A stretch of DNA of 64,000 nt from NCBI GenBank assembly GCA_963662315.1, contig OY759353.1, forward strand, positions 1,760,001-1,824,000. The letters run 5' to 3'. The DNA is from Geopsychrobacteraceae bacterium (GTDB lineage: Bacteria > Desulfobacterota > Desulfuromonadia > Desulfuromonadales > Geopsychrobacteraceae). Below the pieces are notes generated by a model. That model did not search any database. It was not told the DNA's origin and saw nothing but the letters and a program-made list of their open reading frames with translations. The position numbers were made by a program, and so were the translations under genes. Positions 39,144 through 48,922 of this stretch are shown here, in pieces. Positions within the stretch are counted from its first letter, which is position 1; every line of letters starts with the position of its first letter.

Positions 39144-40352
39144 TTACTTGTAATAATTCAGGAAAGCGGTTATCAAGGCCGCATTGGTGAAATTGCTAAA
39201 CAATCCACCAATAATAGGAACCACAAAGAATGCGGTTTTTGAATACCTGTAGCTATCACATACGGTCTGCATATTTGTCATTGCAACAGGAGTAGCCCCA
39301 AGACCAAAGCCTATATGTCCTGCAGTAATGACGGCAGCATCGTAATCCCTGCCCATAAGGTTGAAGGTTATAAGTTTTACGAAAATGACTATCAGTATGA
39401 CCTGAGCGCCCAACAGCACCAAAAGAGGAAGAGCCAATTGTGCCAGATCCCATAGTCTCATTGACATAACAGCCATAGTCACAAACAAAGAAAGAGAGAC
39501 TTCTCCGAGAATATCAATTTCTTGCAAGGGAATAACTTTTTCCTTTTCCTTGGAAAAAATCGGAAAGAGATTCGTTACAATCGCACCACCGAGCATCCCC
39601 ATAACGTGGATAGGCAGCACAACATTAGGCAGCAGGACTTTCATAACATCCGCCAATATTGCACCAAGCCCTAATCCTATAAACAATTGCAAAAATGCAC
39701 TTCCTATTTTTCGTGCGTCTAAGGGGGTAACCTCTTTTTCCTGAACCTTAACCTTTACCGTGTCATTGTTGCTACTTTTACTAAACAAATCGAATTTTTC
39801 GATAATTCCTCTTGCCACTGGCCCACCAGCCATACAACCAGCAACCAGGCCAAATGTTGCCGCTGCTAAAGCTATACTCGTCGCTCCCTGCAAACCAAAA
39901 CCTTCGGCAATCGGGGCAAAAGCAGCTGCATTCCCATGACCTCCGGTCATGGGAATGGACCCTGTCATTAATCCCAGCAAAGGAGGAAGTCCTTCGAGCT
40001 TTGCCAAGAATACCGCTACAACATTTTGACAAAATGAAAGGAGAGTCGCTATCAGCAGAAAGATAACGACTTTTTTTCCGCCTGCTTTCAATACAGCGAC
40101 ACTGGCGCTGAATCCACAGGCCGTAAAAAACAGATTCATGAAAAATTTTTGCATGGTGCCATCAAAGGTAAATTTTGCTATACCCGCTTGATACAGACCC
40201 AGATTTACAATGGCAAACAACAATCCGCCAACAACCGGAGCCGGAATACAGTATTTTTGCAGAAAGCCAACTTTTGATTTGACAACTTTCCCCGCCGCCA
40301 GTAGCAAAACACACATTAAAAGCGTTTTCGCAATGTCCATCTGAATCGTCAT
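39144..40352 (-). CDS. gltS: Sodium/glutamate symporter family protein
   Basis: IPAPVVGG, MTGGHG, AATFGL, DYDAAV and GFGLGATP. Confidence 0.93.
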   Translation of the reverse strand: MTIQMDIAKTLLMCVLLLAAGKVVKSKVGFLQKYCIPAPVVGGLLFAIVNLGLYQAGIAKFTFDGTMQKFFMNLFFTACGFSASVAVLKAGGKKVVIFLLIATLLSFCQNVVAVFLAKLEGLPPLLGLMTGSIPMTGGHGNAAAFAPIAEGFGLQGATSIALAAATFGLVAGCMAGGPVARGIIEKFDLFSKSSNNDTVKVKVQEKEVTPLDARKIGSAFLQLFIGLGLGAILADVMKVLLPNVVLPIHVMGMLGGAIVTNLFPIFSKEKEKVIPLQEIDILGEVSLSLFVTMAVMSMRLWDLAQLALPLLVLLGAQVILIVIFVKLITFNLMGRDYDAAVITAGHIGFGLGATPVAMTNMQTVCDSYRYSKTAFFVVPIIGGLFSNFTNAALITAFLNYYK

Positions 40353-40695
40353 CTTTTCCTCCTGTTACACGTTAAATGATCTCAAAGAAACACCTTTGAC
40401 GTAAAATCTCTGGTGCCAACATCACAATTAGTAATCATCCAGCATTTTAAACTGAACAGTTTTGACCATGACCCTGAAGGCTGTGGCAGTTGCTGATCAT
40501 GGTGAAACTAACTTTGTATCAGGCGCAGCTATGGAACTTTCCGAACTGGTATTATCCCGTGACAACCGCTTAAAAAGACTGAATCTGAAGCCTTTGTCCT
40601 ATAAAATATTTTCCGAATTCATTCAGCCAGTGTGATTTATGCGATTTTCTATCATCCAATAGAACAGCATCTTAGTATCATTCTCACTGTTTACT

Positions 40696-40719
40696 TGTCA
40701 ATTAGATTATTGATAATCT
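40696..40719. promoter_or_regulatory. Minus-strand -35 box with adjacent GntR-type palindrome
   Basis: TTGACA (minus strand, 40701-40696) next to AGATTATTGATAATCT (40704-40719). Confidence 0.4.
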
Positions 40720-41109
40720 TCTTGATAAACTGGTCAATACTCGTATATCCCCTTATTCATGATCAAACGCGGTTCCAAAGAGATCTGGAATATTCCAAAG
40801 GCTATAACTCTCTAAAAAGGCAATTAGCTGCCCCGGCAAGACCGCTCCACCATTGCCTTTCAAGTCAATTGCCAAACGGATTTTCAACGCTGATCACTTA
40901 ACCAGGTCCCAAAATCAAAACAGCCAATGCTCATCAATTGTCACCCCAATGAAAGAACACTATTCTGCTATTTTCCGGCTTTCCGCTTGACATTATTTCA
41001 ATCACAAGAATACTGTGCTGTGTGATCAACAATAATATTTTCAAAGAGTTGCTTGTTTAACAAAAAAAACAGTGTTAGACACCGTATTTCAATATTTAGG
41101 AGTTCACCA

Positions 41110-41790
41110 ATGGCAACAGACAAAAAACAGACTGGGTCTGTTTCCGCCGCAAAAAAAATTGATCGGGTTGAACAATTGACTGATCGTTTAGCAGAGGATA
41201 TTGCGTTGGGAAGACTTAAACCTCGTGAGCGTTTGATTGAAGATGAACTGATTCTGCGCTTTGACGTTAAGCGTAACGTGGTCCGGCAGACCTTATTTGA
41301 ACTGGAAAATTGGGGTCTGGTCGAAAGAGTAAAAAATAAAGGTGCATTTGTGCGCTATTTTGACCCGAGTGAAGTTGAGGATATTTATGTTGTCAGGGAG
41401 CTACTCGAAGGCAAAGCGATAGATTTGATTCCGTTACCGGCATCCAAGGAGTTGATAGCTGAGTTAAAAGATATTCTTCAAAAGTATCTGAAAGCTAAAG
41501 CTGAAGATAACCTTTCAGTTATTTTCAGGCAAAATACCGCCTTTCACAAAACGATTAACAAGGCATGCAACAACAAAGCTCTGTTTGAAGCCATTGAGCT
41601 TTATATGATGAAATCCTACGCTATCCGTTCCTACGCATTTCTTTATCCTGACCTGGTTTCCCAAATGGCCGCTGAACATTCAGAGATGATTGAAGCACTG
41701 GAAAAAGGCGATCTTACCAGATTGAAACAGTTAGTCCTTGAACACATGAAGCCTGCAAAAGAGGCTTACAATCAACTCAATAAGATGTAA
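41110..41790 (+). CDS. GntR family (FCD domain) transcriptional regulator
   Basis: LKPRERLIEDEL..RFDVKRNVVRQTL, RELLE, N.AFH and EH. Confidence 0.92.
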   Translation: MATDKKQTGSVSAAKKIDRVEQLTDRLAEDIALGRLKPRERLIEDELILRFDVKRNVVRQTLFELENWGLVERVKNKGAFVRYFDPSEVEDIYVVRELLEGKAIDLIPLPASKELIAELKDILQKYLKAKAEDNLSVIFRQNTAFHKTINKACNNKALFEAIELYMMKSYAIRSYAFLYPDLVSQMAAEHSEMIEALEKGDLTRLKQLVLEHMKPAKEAYNQLNKM

Positions 41791-41838
41791 TCCCTCAGTT
41801 CATACAATCCTATAGTTTCAAGGAAAAAAAACTATCCA

Positions 41839-42441
41839 TTGCTTTTCAGTCAAGCGGCCAGGAAGCCCATCGACAAACTGATGGTCGACAGCAACATCCC
41901 GCTGCCAAGAGCACGACAATCTGAGCGCTGCATGGCAACTGGAGAAGTCACTCTGCCTCTACTTGTTGCCTTTCAGAGGCTGCTCAGTTTGCTCGATAAT
42001 CCAGAAGATATCCCGATTCTGGCACCTCTTTACCAGCGGGAGATTCGGTATCGCTTATTAACAGGGGACAAAGGCACGCAATTACGCCAGATTGCCTCGG
42101 TCGGCAGCCAAAGCAATCAAATAACCAAATCGATCGAATGGCTGCAGAAAAATTTCGACCAACAGTTACGCATCGATAATCTGGCAACCCAGATCAATAT
42201 GAGCCCATCAAGCTTCCATAGCCATTTCCGGGCGATGACCTCGTTAAGCCCGCTTCAATACCAGAAACAGCTGCGCTTACAGGAAGCCAGACGCCTGATG
42301 CTTGCGGAAAACCTGGATACGACAAGGGCGGCGTTCCAGGTCGGCTACAAAAGCTCCTCACAGTTCACCCGTGAGTACAGCCGCCTGTTTGGAGCCCCAC
42401 CGTTACGTGATGTTGCAAAGCTGAAACAGGCTTCCACCTGA
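41839..42441 (+). pseudogene. N-terminally truncated AraC family regulator (AraC_N/YqhC type)
   Basis: Starts mid-domain (LMVDSNIP...GEVTLPLL.AFQRL...REIRYRLL) with an intact HTH (SPLQYQKQLRLQEAR). About 200 aa against roughly 300 aa for the family; no RBS. Confidence 0.7.
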
Positions 42442-42458
42442 AGCACAGACACCTTCTG

Positions 42459-42956
42459 CTAGGCAAACAACCGATTCACCACCCGTCCCAGCAAAGGCAC
42501 AGCTAAAAACAGCGTAAATATTCGGAAGGTATGTAGAATAGCCACAATATCCGTTCGATATCCTTCCGTTTGGGCCATCAAGGCCATTCCCGACATACCA
42601 CCGGGAGAGAGTCCAAACAAGGCCGTTGCCGAATCAAGAATACCGATCTTCTGAGCACAATAGGCCATAAACAGGGTCAGGACCACCAGGACAAAGGTGC
42701 TTACCATCGCCAGCGGAATGATCTTTGGAATTAAAGCCAGGCTGGAACGTTCAAAGGTCATTCCCAGGGAAATACCCAACATGATCTGAATGACTGTAGA
42801 CACTCTACCAGGAATGACAAAGTGCCCCGGAACGACCACAGCGGCAATACCGGATGCGAGCATCGAACCGACTATAGCGCCTCCGGGAAAATGCATACGC
42901 TGCGCAATAATGCCAGCAATAATGCCAGCAATAATGATAACAACAATACGCTCCAT
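42459..42956 (-). CDS. AbrB family membrane protein, single-repeat form
   Basis: PGGAIVGSM, QIMLG..LG, SPGGMSGM and VAILHTFR. Confidence 0.85.
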   Translation of the reverse strand: MERIVVIIIAGIIAGIIAQRMHFPGGAIVGSMLASGIAAVVVPGHFVIPGRVSTVIQIMLGISLGMTFERSSLALIPKIIPLAMVSTFVLVVLTLFMAYCAQKIGILDSATALFGLSPGGMSGMALMAQTEGYRTDIVAILHTFRIFTLFLAVPLLGRVVNRLFA

Positions 42957-43037
42957 AAACTTATTTCTCCGTATCCAGTTGAATAGCTCAGTTTAAACCA
43001 GCAATAACAACACCTCTTCTTTGTTTCGGCGGCGAGC

Positions 43038-43077
43038 AAAAAGGAAACCCCGCTATGCAGATTTGGCGGGGTTCCTT
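43038..43077 (-). terminator. Terminator-like hairpin after tctA
   Basis: AAGGAAACCCCGC pairs with GCGGGGTTCCTT; U-tract on the minus strand. Confidence 0.55.
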
Positions 43078-43138
43078 ACAGAATATGGAGATGTTGTTTA
43101 TAGTGCAACTTGCTTTCGTGTTGGCCGTAAGCCAAGCG

Positions 43139-44659
43139 TTAATCGGGAATTTCCGGCTCAGGCTCAGCCTTTTTAACCCGAAAGAACTTCCCGATAAAAA
43201 ATGGCAGCAACAAACCGCCAATGGCCATAATCCACAGGCCAATAGCGAGAGGACTGCGCCACAAAACAGTCCAGTCTCCATTACTGATATTTAAAGCACG
43301 GCGTAAATTATCCTCCATCAATTGCCCCAAAAGAATACCTAGAATAATGGGCACTAACGGGATATCAAGTTTACGCAATAACCAGCCCCCGACACCAAAC
43401 GCGATCATCACAAACAGGTCAAAAGGACTATGACTGATGGAGTAAATTCCGATCAGTCCGACAATAGCAACAATCGGCATCAAGACATGCGATGGGACCA
43501 TGAGTAATTTAGCGAAAAAGCCAACCAAGGGCAGGTTGAGGATCAACAGCATAAAATTGCCAATAAACAAGGCTGCTATTAACCCCCAGACAACATCTGG
43601 GTGTTGTTGAAACAGTAGAGGTCCAGGTGTAATGTTCATGGACATGAGCATAGCGAGCAGAACGGCCGTAGTACCACTGCCGGGAACCCCCAGCGTAAGC
43701 ATAGGGACGAGGGCACCTCCGGCTGCAGCATTATTCCCAGCTTCCGGCGCAGCGACCCCCCGGGGATCCCCCGTTCCAAACTTACCATCGTGATCAACCA
43801 GGCGTTTCTCAATGGTATAGGACATAAAACTGCCTAATGACGCCCCTGCCCCAGGCAAAACGCCCGCAATAAACCCAATGACACTGCTGCGGATGGTTGT
43901 TCCCGTAAGTTTAAACATTTCTTTCCATTTCAGCTTAAACTTGTTCACCTTGATCTGCACCACATTGCCGGCATGGCTGTCTTCAAGGAAGAATAGGATT
44001 TCGCTGATAGCGAATAAACCAACAATAGCCACCAGAAAATTAACCCCTTCAAACAGCTCCATCTGGTTCAGTGTATAGCGGGGTTCTCCGGTAGCCGGGT
44101 CAAGTCCGATGGTCGCGATCATCAGGCCAAGAGCTGCGGCCATAAGAGATTTGAACTGGTTTTTACTACTGATCCCGCCGATGGTGGTAAAGGCAAGAAC
44201 AAACAAGACAAAATATTCTGCAGGACCGAAAAACAGGGCAAACTTAGCTAAAAGAGGTGCAAACAGCAACAGTCCGAACGTCGCTATGAGACCTCCGACA
44301 AACGACGATAAAGCGGATATGGCAAGTGCTTCGCCGGCTTTCCCCTGTTTGGCCATGGGAAAACCATCCAGAGTCGTCATGAGCGCTGGCTCATCCCCCG
44401 GGATATTGAGGAGGATACTGGAAATCCGGCCACCGTACATGGCTCCGTAATAAACACTGGTAAGCATTATTAAGGCAGTCGCAGGCGGCAAATGGAGACT
44501 GAACGCCACGGGAATAAGAATCGCAACCCCATTTGAAGGACCTAACCCTGGTAGGGCACCAATAATGGTTCCTAAAAATGCTCCGAGCAGGGCCAGGCTC
44601 AAATTCAGAGGAGTCAGGGCAACTTCGAATCCCTGCATGAGATAAGTCAAGGTTTCCAT
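43139..44659 (-). CDS. tctA: TTT large permease (set 4, canonical TctA type)
   Basis: GALPGLGPSNGVAILIP, YGGRISSILLNIPGD and PEAGNNA. Confidence 0.96.
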   Translation of the reverse strand: METLTYLMQGFEVALTPLNLSLALLGAFLGTIIGALPGLGPSNGVAILIPVAFSLHLPPATALIMLTSVYYGAMYGGRISSILLNIPGDEPALMTTLDGFPMAKQGKAGEALAISALSSFVGGLIATFGLLLFAPLLAKFALFFGPAEYFVLFVLAFTTIGGISSKNQFKSLMAAALGLMIATIGLDPATGEPRYTLNQMELFEGVNFLVAIVGLFAISEILFFLEDSHAGNVVQIKVNKFKLKWKEMFKLTGTTIRSSVIGFIAGVLPGAGASLGSFMSYTIEKRLVDHDGKFGTGDPRGVAAPEAGNNAAAGGALVPMLTLGVPGSGTTAVLLAMLMSMNITPGPLLFQQHPDVVWGLIAALFIGNFMLLILNLPLVGFFAKLLMVPSHVLMPIVAIVGLIGIYSISHSPFDLFVMIAFGVGGWLLRKLDIPLVPIILGILLGQLMEDNLRRALNISNGDWTVLWRSPLAIGLWIMAIGGLLLPFFIGKFFRVKKAEPEPEIPD

Positions 44660-45096
44660 TACATCAACCTCCCTAAAATCCCTGAAGGCAAAGGCAACTC
44701 AAGTAACAGATCAAACAGCGCATAAACGCCAATAGCAACGCCAACCCCTGTCAGTACTGCAGTCTTTGGCGAAGCCCCCAAGCGCCACCCCAAAGTACTG
44801 ACCGTTATCAGGGTCGCAACAATAAAACCAAGCCATTCAAGGAAGGCAACATAAGCCACCAGGAGGATAACGATTAACAACATCTGAAACAGATTTTTAG
44901 GTGGTGGCCATGCCGCCGCAGGGTCGGGCCGGACCAGAAGGTACAGTCCAGTAATACCAAGGACCGCACCCAACAGGTAAGGAAAGGTGCTGGGCCCCAA
45001 AGGATCAGACATAAACCCGGGGTCAAACCCCCGGGCTGTCCAACTGTAACTGAGCGCCAGCAACAGCATCAGCGCACCGAAGATACGATCACTCAT
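44659..45096 (-). CDS. tctB: TTT small permease (set 4)
   Basis: MSDRIF, DPLGPSTFP and LELPLP. Confidence 0.92.
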   Translation of the reverse strand: MSDRIFGALMLLLALSYSWTARGFDPGFMSDPLGPSTFPYLLGAVLGITGLYLLVRPDPAAAWPPPKNLFQMLLIVILLVAYVAFLEWLGFIVATLITVSTLGWRLGASPKTAVLTGVGVAIGVYALFDLLLELPLPSGILGRLM

Positions 45097-46073
45097 TTAA
45101 CGATACCAAGTTCAATTGAAAGGTCACGAATGTCACTGATCTGCTTATTGACGAAAGCTTCAAATTCTTGCCCTTTTTTGAAGAACGGCATTAGCCCGTT
45201 ATCCGTCATGATCTTCTTCCACTCATCGGACTTATAGACCTTATCCATAGTATCTTCCCAGTATTTATAGGCATCTGCTGGAATATTCTTGGGAACATAG
45301 AAACCACGCCAGTTTGGCCCCACAGCATCGACACCCTGTTCAATGGCGGTCGGAACACCACTCATGGAACCAGGCAAGCGCTCTTCAGAAAGAACGGCCA
45401 GAATACGGATTGATCCGGATTCAAAATGCCCCTGAACCTCACTGACATCACCACTGAAAGCCTGAACATGACCACCCAATAACTGGGTTAATGCTTCTCC
45501 TCCACCTTGAAAGGCGATGTATTTAACCTGCCTTAAATTTTTAATACCTGCAGCCTTGGCGGCAATCAGCATTTTGAAATGATCCCAACCGCCAACAGCG
45601 CTACCTCCGGCGATAGCCACTTTGGTCGGGTCGCTTTTCAAGGCGTCCATCAGATCGCCTAAGTTTTTAAAAGGGGAATCTTTGGCCACGGCGATAACAG
45701 CATAATCAGCACCTAAGGCCCCTACCCACTTGACCATGTCCTTGTTCATGCCGGGGAATTTCCCCTGGGCAAGACGGGTAGTTGTTGCGGTACTGGAAGC
45801 TACCAGCACGTTGGGATCGGATCCTCGTTTACTGACCACGTAGCCAAAGGCGACACCACCACTGGCACCAGGCATATTGGTCACCTGAACAGGACCGGGA
45901 ACGAGTTGGAGGTCATAGAGGGTCTTACCAACCTGCCGGCAGGTAAAATCCCAACCACCTCCCGGGTTGGCGGGAGCAATACATTCAACATTATCCGCCT
46001 GAAAAGCGCATAGAGGAGTCGTGCATACACTACAAAAAACAGTAAAAAACAACAGAAAAACCAGCCTTTTCAT
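45093..46073 (-). CDS. tctC: TTT substrate-binding protein, canonical citrate-type TctC
   Basis: ECIAPANPGGGWDFTCR, NMPGASGG, AFQGGGEA and NWRGFY. Confidence 0.95.
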   Translation of the reverse strand: MKRLVFLLFFTVFCSVCTTPLCAFQADNVECIAPANPGGGWDFTCRQVGKTLYDLQLVPGPVQVTNMPGASGGVAFGYVVSKRGSDPNVLVASSTATTTRLAQGKFPGMNKDMVKWVGALGADYAVIAVAKDSPFKNLGDLMDALKSDPTKVAIAGGSAVGGWDHFKMLIAAKAAGIKNLRQVKYIAFQGGGEALTQLLGGHVQAFSGDVSEVQGHFESGSIRILAVLSEERLPGSMSGVPTAIEQGVDAVGPNWRGFYVPKNIPADAYKYWEDTMDKVYKSDEWKKIMTDNGLMPFFKKGQEFEAFVNKQISDIRDLSIELGIVK

Positions 46074-46217
46074 CTTCGACCTCCAGAGCCATAGGTTAAA
46101 AACCTTCTCACGACGAGAAGGGAATAAACGTGTCCTGCATCTGAACTACTGGGCCTTCTTTTACAGACTGCTTGATACTGCTCAAACAACTACAATTCCA
46201 GATTAGTTAAATGTAGC

Positions 46218-47423
46218 CTAAATCACCTTTTCTGCACGTAATTCACTGAGTTCTTCCTGGTTAATGCCAAGAGACAACAAAACATCATCCGTATGCTGTC
46301 CAAGTAACGGTGGAGGGGTATCGACTTGAGGAGTCAAACCATTGAGCTTGAACCCGGGGCGAAAGATTTGCACGGTACCCGCGTCAGGTACATTCTCAAA
46401 GCGACCGATAACTCCTCGGGTGTCTAAATGGGGTTGACACAAAGCTTCCGGAACGGTCAACACCTGCCCCGCAGGAACACCGGCATCATTAAACTCTGCA
46501 GCCCATTGGTCGGCCGCTTTTCGGGACAATTCTTGCTCGAGAAGCTCCTTGAGGATCTGTCGGTTCTGCAGTCGCACCTGACGATCACAAAAACGCGGAT
46601 CACAAATCCAGTCTGCTTTGCCAACCAGCTGGCACAAAGTTTCAAACTGCTCCTGCTTATTGGCCGCGATGTTCAGCAAACCATTTCCGGTCTGAAAGGT
46701 TCCTGAAGGGCTTGCGGTAAAGTTATCATTCCCCATAGGTTTTGGATCTTTACCCGCAATAAGGTAATTAGACACGACCCATCCCATGGTCGACATGATT
46801 GATGACAGCATAGAAACGTCAATAAAAGTAGCGTCTCCTGGTTTTCCGTTACGCCCGGCAAGCACAGATGCAATAGCGAAAGCCGCGCTCATTCCGCCAA
46901 CCGTGTCTGCGACAGGATACCCTACGCGTAGAGGTGCCACTTCTTCATTTCCGGTGATGCTCATGACTCCTGAAAGACCTTGGATAATCTGATCATAAGC
47001 AGGCTGATAGCGCAGCGGACCGGTTGCCCCGAATCCGGAAATTGCACAATAAATGAGATGGGGATTGACCAGTTTAAGATCATCAAAACCAAGATCAAGT
47101 CTCACCATAACGCCAGGACGAAAATTTTCAATCAAAACGTCCGCACTGGTGACAAGGCGTTTAAAAACCTCTTTTCCCTTTGCACTTTTAAGATTAATTG
47201 TGACAGATTTTTTCCCGGCGTTCTGCGCCAGAAAAGAAACCCCCATCTTCTTTTTATTACGCTCCGGGTCAGCTCCCAGCTGACGCGCCAAATCACCGGA
47301 ACCCGGCACTTCGACTTTTATGACATCAGCACCCATATGAGCCAGAAGATGGCCACAAAAAGGGCCGGACAGGACATTAGTGAGGTCAATTACACGAATT
47401 TTATCAAGCGGACGATATGCCAC
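46218..47423 (-). CDS. Family III CoA-transferase (CaiB/BaiF)
   Basis: IDLTNVLSGPF, GADVIKVE, ENFRPG, ISGFG, AYDQIIQG and PLLGQH. GTG start behind GAAGGAGG. Confidence 0.93.
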   Translation of the reverse strand: MAYRPLDKIRVIDLTNVLSGPFCGHLLAHMGADVIKVEVPGSGDLARQLGADPERNKKKMGVSFLAQNAGKKSVTINLKSAKGKEVFKRLVTSADVLIENFRPGVMVRLDLGFDDLKLVNPHLIYCAISGFGATGPLRYQPAYDQIIQGLSGVMSITGNEEVAPLRVGYPVADTVGGMSAAFAIASVLAGRNGKPGDATFIDVSMLSSIMSTMGWVVSNYLIAGKDPKPMGNDNFTASPSGTFQTGNGLLNIAANKQEQFETLCQLVGKADWICDPRFCDRQVRLQNRQILKELLEQELSRKAADQWAAEFNDAGVPAGQVLTVPEALCQPHLDTRGVIGRFENVPDAGTVQIFRPGFKLNGLTPQVDTPPPLLGQHTDDVLLSLGINQEELSELRAEKVI

Positions 47424-47482
47424 AAGCCCTCCTTCGCCAGGAAGAGAATCGAGACAAAAATATTTTTTTAGACAGAATCGTT

Positions 47483-47558
47483 TTTCACCATACAGAATAT
47501 GAATTATTATTTCAAGCTTTTGTTGCATTAAAAAGAATTGCGTTTTACACTGCAGAAT
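47483..47558. promoter_or_regulatory. Two similar putative IclR boxes
   Basis: TTTCACCATACAGAAT (47483-47498) and TTTTACACTGCAGAAT (47543-47558). Confidence 0.45.
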
Positions 47559-47582
47559 TATTTAGGAAAGGATAAATCAACA

Positions 47583-48293
47583 ATGCCTCAAGATCGCGTC
47601 GAATCTGTTGAACGAGCCCTTAAAATTCTTAACTGCTTTAGTGCTGACAAGCCGATACTTAATCTGATTCAGCTCGCAGAGCTGACCGGCTTTTACAAAA
47701 GCACCATTCTACGTCTGGCCAGTTCCCTTGAACGTTACGGATTTCTTATCAGACAGAATGATGGTCGCTTTATTCTCGGCAGCGCTTTTATACGTTTAGG
47801 AGACATCGCCAGAAATAATTTCAGCATTGAGGGCTTAATCAGGCCGAGACTTGAACACCTTCGGGACCAGCTCAATGAATCTCTAGCCTTCTATGTTCGG
47901 CGGGGTGACAAACGAATCTGCCTTTATCGCGCCAATGCTAACCGGGCTATTGTGCATCAGCTTGAAGAAGGTTTACGCCTTCCCCTGGAAAAAGGAGCAG
48001 GTGGTCGAGTACTACTCGCCTTCAATGGCGAAAAAGGAGAACCCTATGAAACAATCAGAACGCAGGGGTGGTATACCTCAAAAGGGGAAAGAGATCCGGA
48101 AGTTGCCTCAGTAGCGGTTCCCGTCCTCAACGAAGCCGGTGAGGCAATAGCGGCACTGGCCGTCTCAGGACTGATTTCACGCTTTCCGGACGAACGACAA
48201 GCTGAGTGTGCAGAAATACTCAGAGAAAAGGCAAAAGAACTGGCTTACAGCCTCGATCTTCAGCAGCTAACGGAAATTATCAATATGAAATAA
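47583..48293 (+). CDS. IclR family transcriptional regulator
   Basis: VESVERALKIL, TGFYKSTILRL, GAGGRVLLAF and SVAVPV. Confidence 0.95.
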   Translation: MPQDRVESVERALKILNCFSADKPILNLIQLAELTGFYKSTILRLASSLERYGFLIRQNDGRFILGSAFIRLGDIARNNFSIEGLIRPRLEHLRDQLNESLAFYVRRGDKRICLYRANANRAIVHQLEEGLRLPLEKGAGGRVLLAFNGEKGEPYETIRTQGWYTSKGERDPEVASVAVPVLNEAGEAIAALAVSGLISRFPDERQAECAEILREKAKELAYSLDLQQLTEIINMK

Positions 48294-48350
48294 ACCGGGG
48301 CAGCACGGAACAACGTCACCTACTGCCCCTTCAGATCAAAGCAGCTAAGC

Positions 48351-48800
48351 TTAATCTACCGCAACCTTGACGACCACTTTGTGAATGTCGCCATCGCCGA
48401 TCAGCGGCATATGTGCATCGGCCGGGAAAAAAATAGCAAAATAATCTTCTTTGACAACCTGCCAGGACTCGGACTCTTCATGAAAAAATTGCAGATCCCT
48501 TTCGGCATCATAAGCCATTGACACATCCTTGCATTTTTCAGCAGGGGTCCACCCCATGGTATCAACGCCACCCAGAACCATTTGAATATCGATGTAACGC
48601 TGGTGGGTTTCGATTTTGGCCTGCTCCGGCTTGCGCCCCTTGGTTTTGACGATAGAAGCATAAACCTTTTTTCCGTCGATCGGGTAATCGCCCGGAGCCA
48701 GACTTTTCAGTTCAGGTTGGGTCAAAAATTTAAAAGCCGCGGCAAATCCTTTATTGAGGCTGACATAGCGATCAGCCTGACTGATAATATCGATAATCAT
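48351..48800 (-). CDS. YhcH/YjgK/YiaL (NanQ-like) family protein
   Basis: MIID, ETHQRYIDIQ, FFPADAHMP and KVVVKV. Confidence 0.93.
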   Translation of the reverse strand: MIIDIISQADRYVSLNKGFAAAFKFLTQPELKSLAPGDYPIDGKKVYASIVKTKGRKPEQAKIETHQRYIDIQMVLGGVDTMGWTPAEKCKDVSMAYDAERDLQFFHEESESWQVVKEDYFAIFFPADAHMPLIGDGDIHKVVVKVAVD

Positions 48801-48866
48801 AGGAACCCTTTCTTGTATTTGTAGAAGTCGTAAAACATCACAATGATGCGGTTCACAATAATATAT

Positions 48867-48898
48867 AAAAAAAGCCCGGAATACAAAGTATCCCGGGC
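48867..48898 (-). terminator. Terminator-like hairpin after dctP (set 3)
   Basis: GCCCGG..ATAC pairs with GTAT..CCGGGC; long U-tract on the minus strand. Confidence 0.55.
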
Positions 48899-48922
48899 AA
48901 AAGGCAACAACTGGTCACACAC

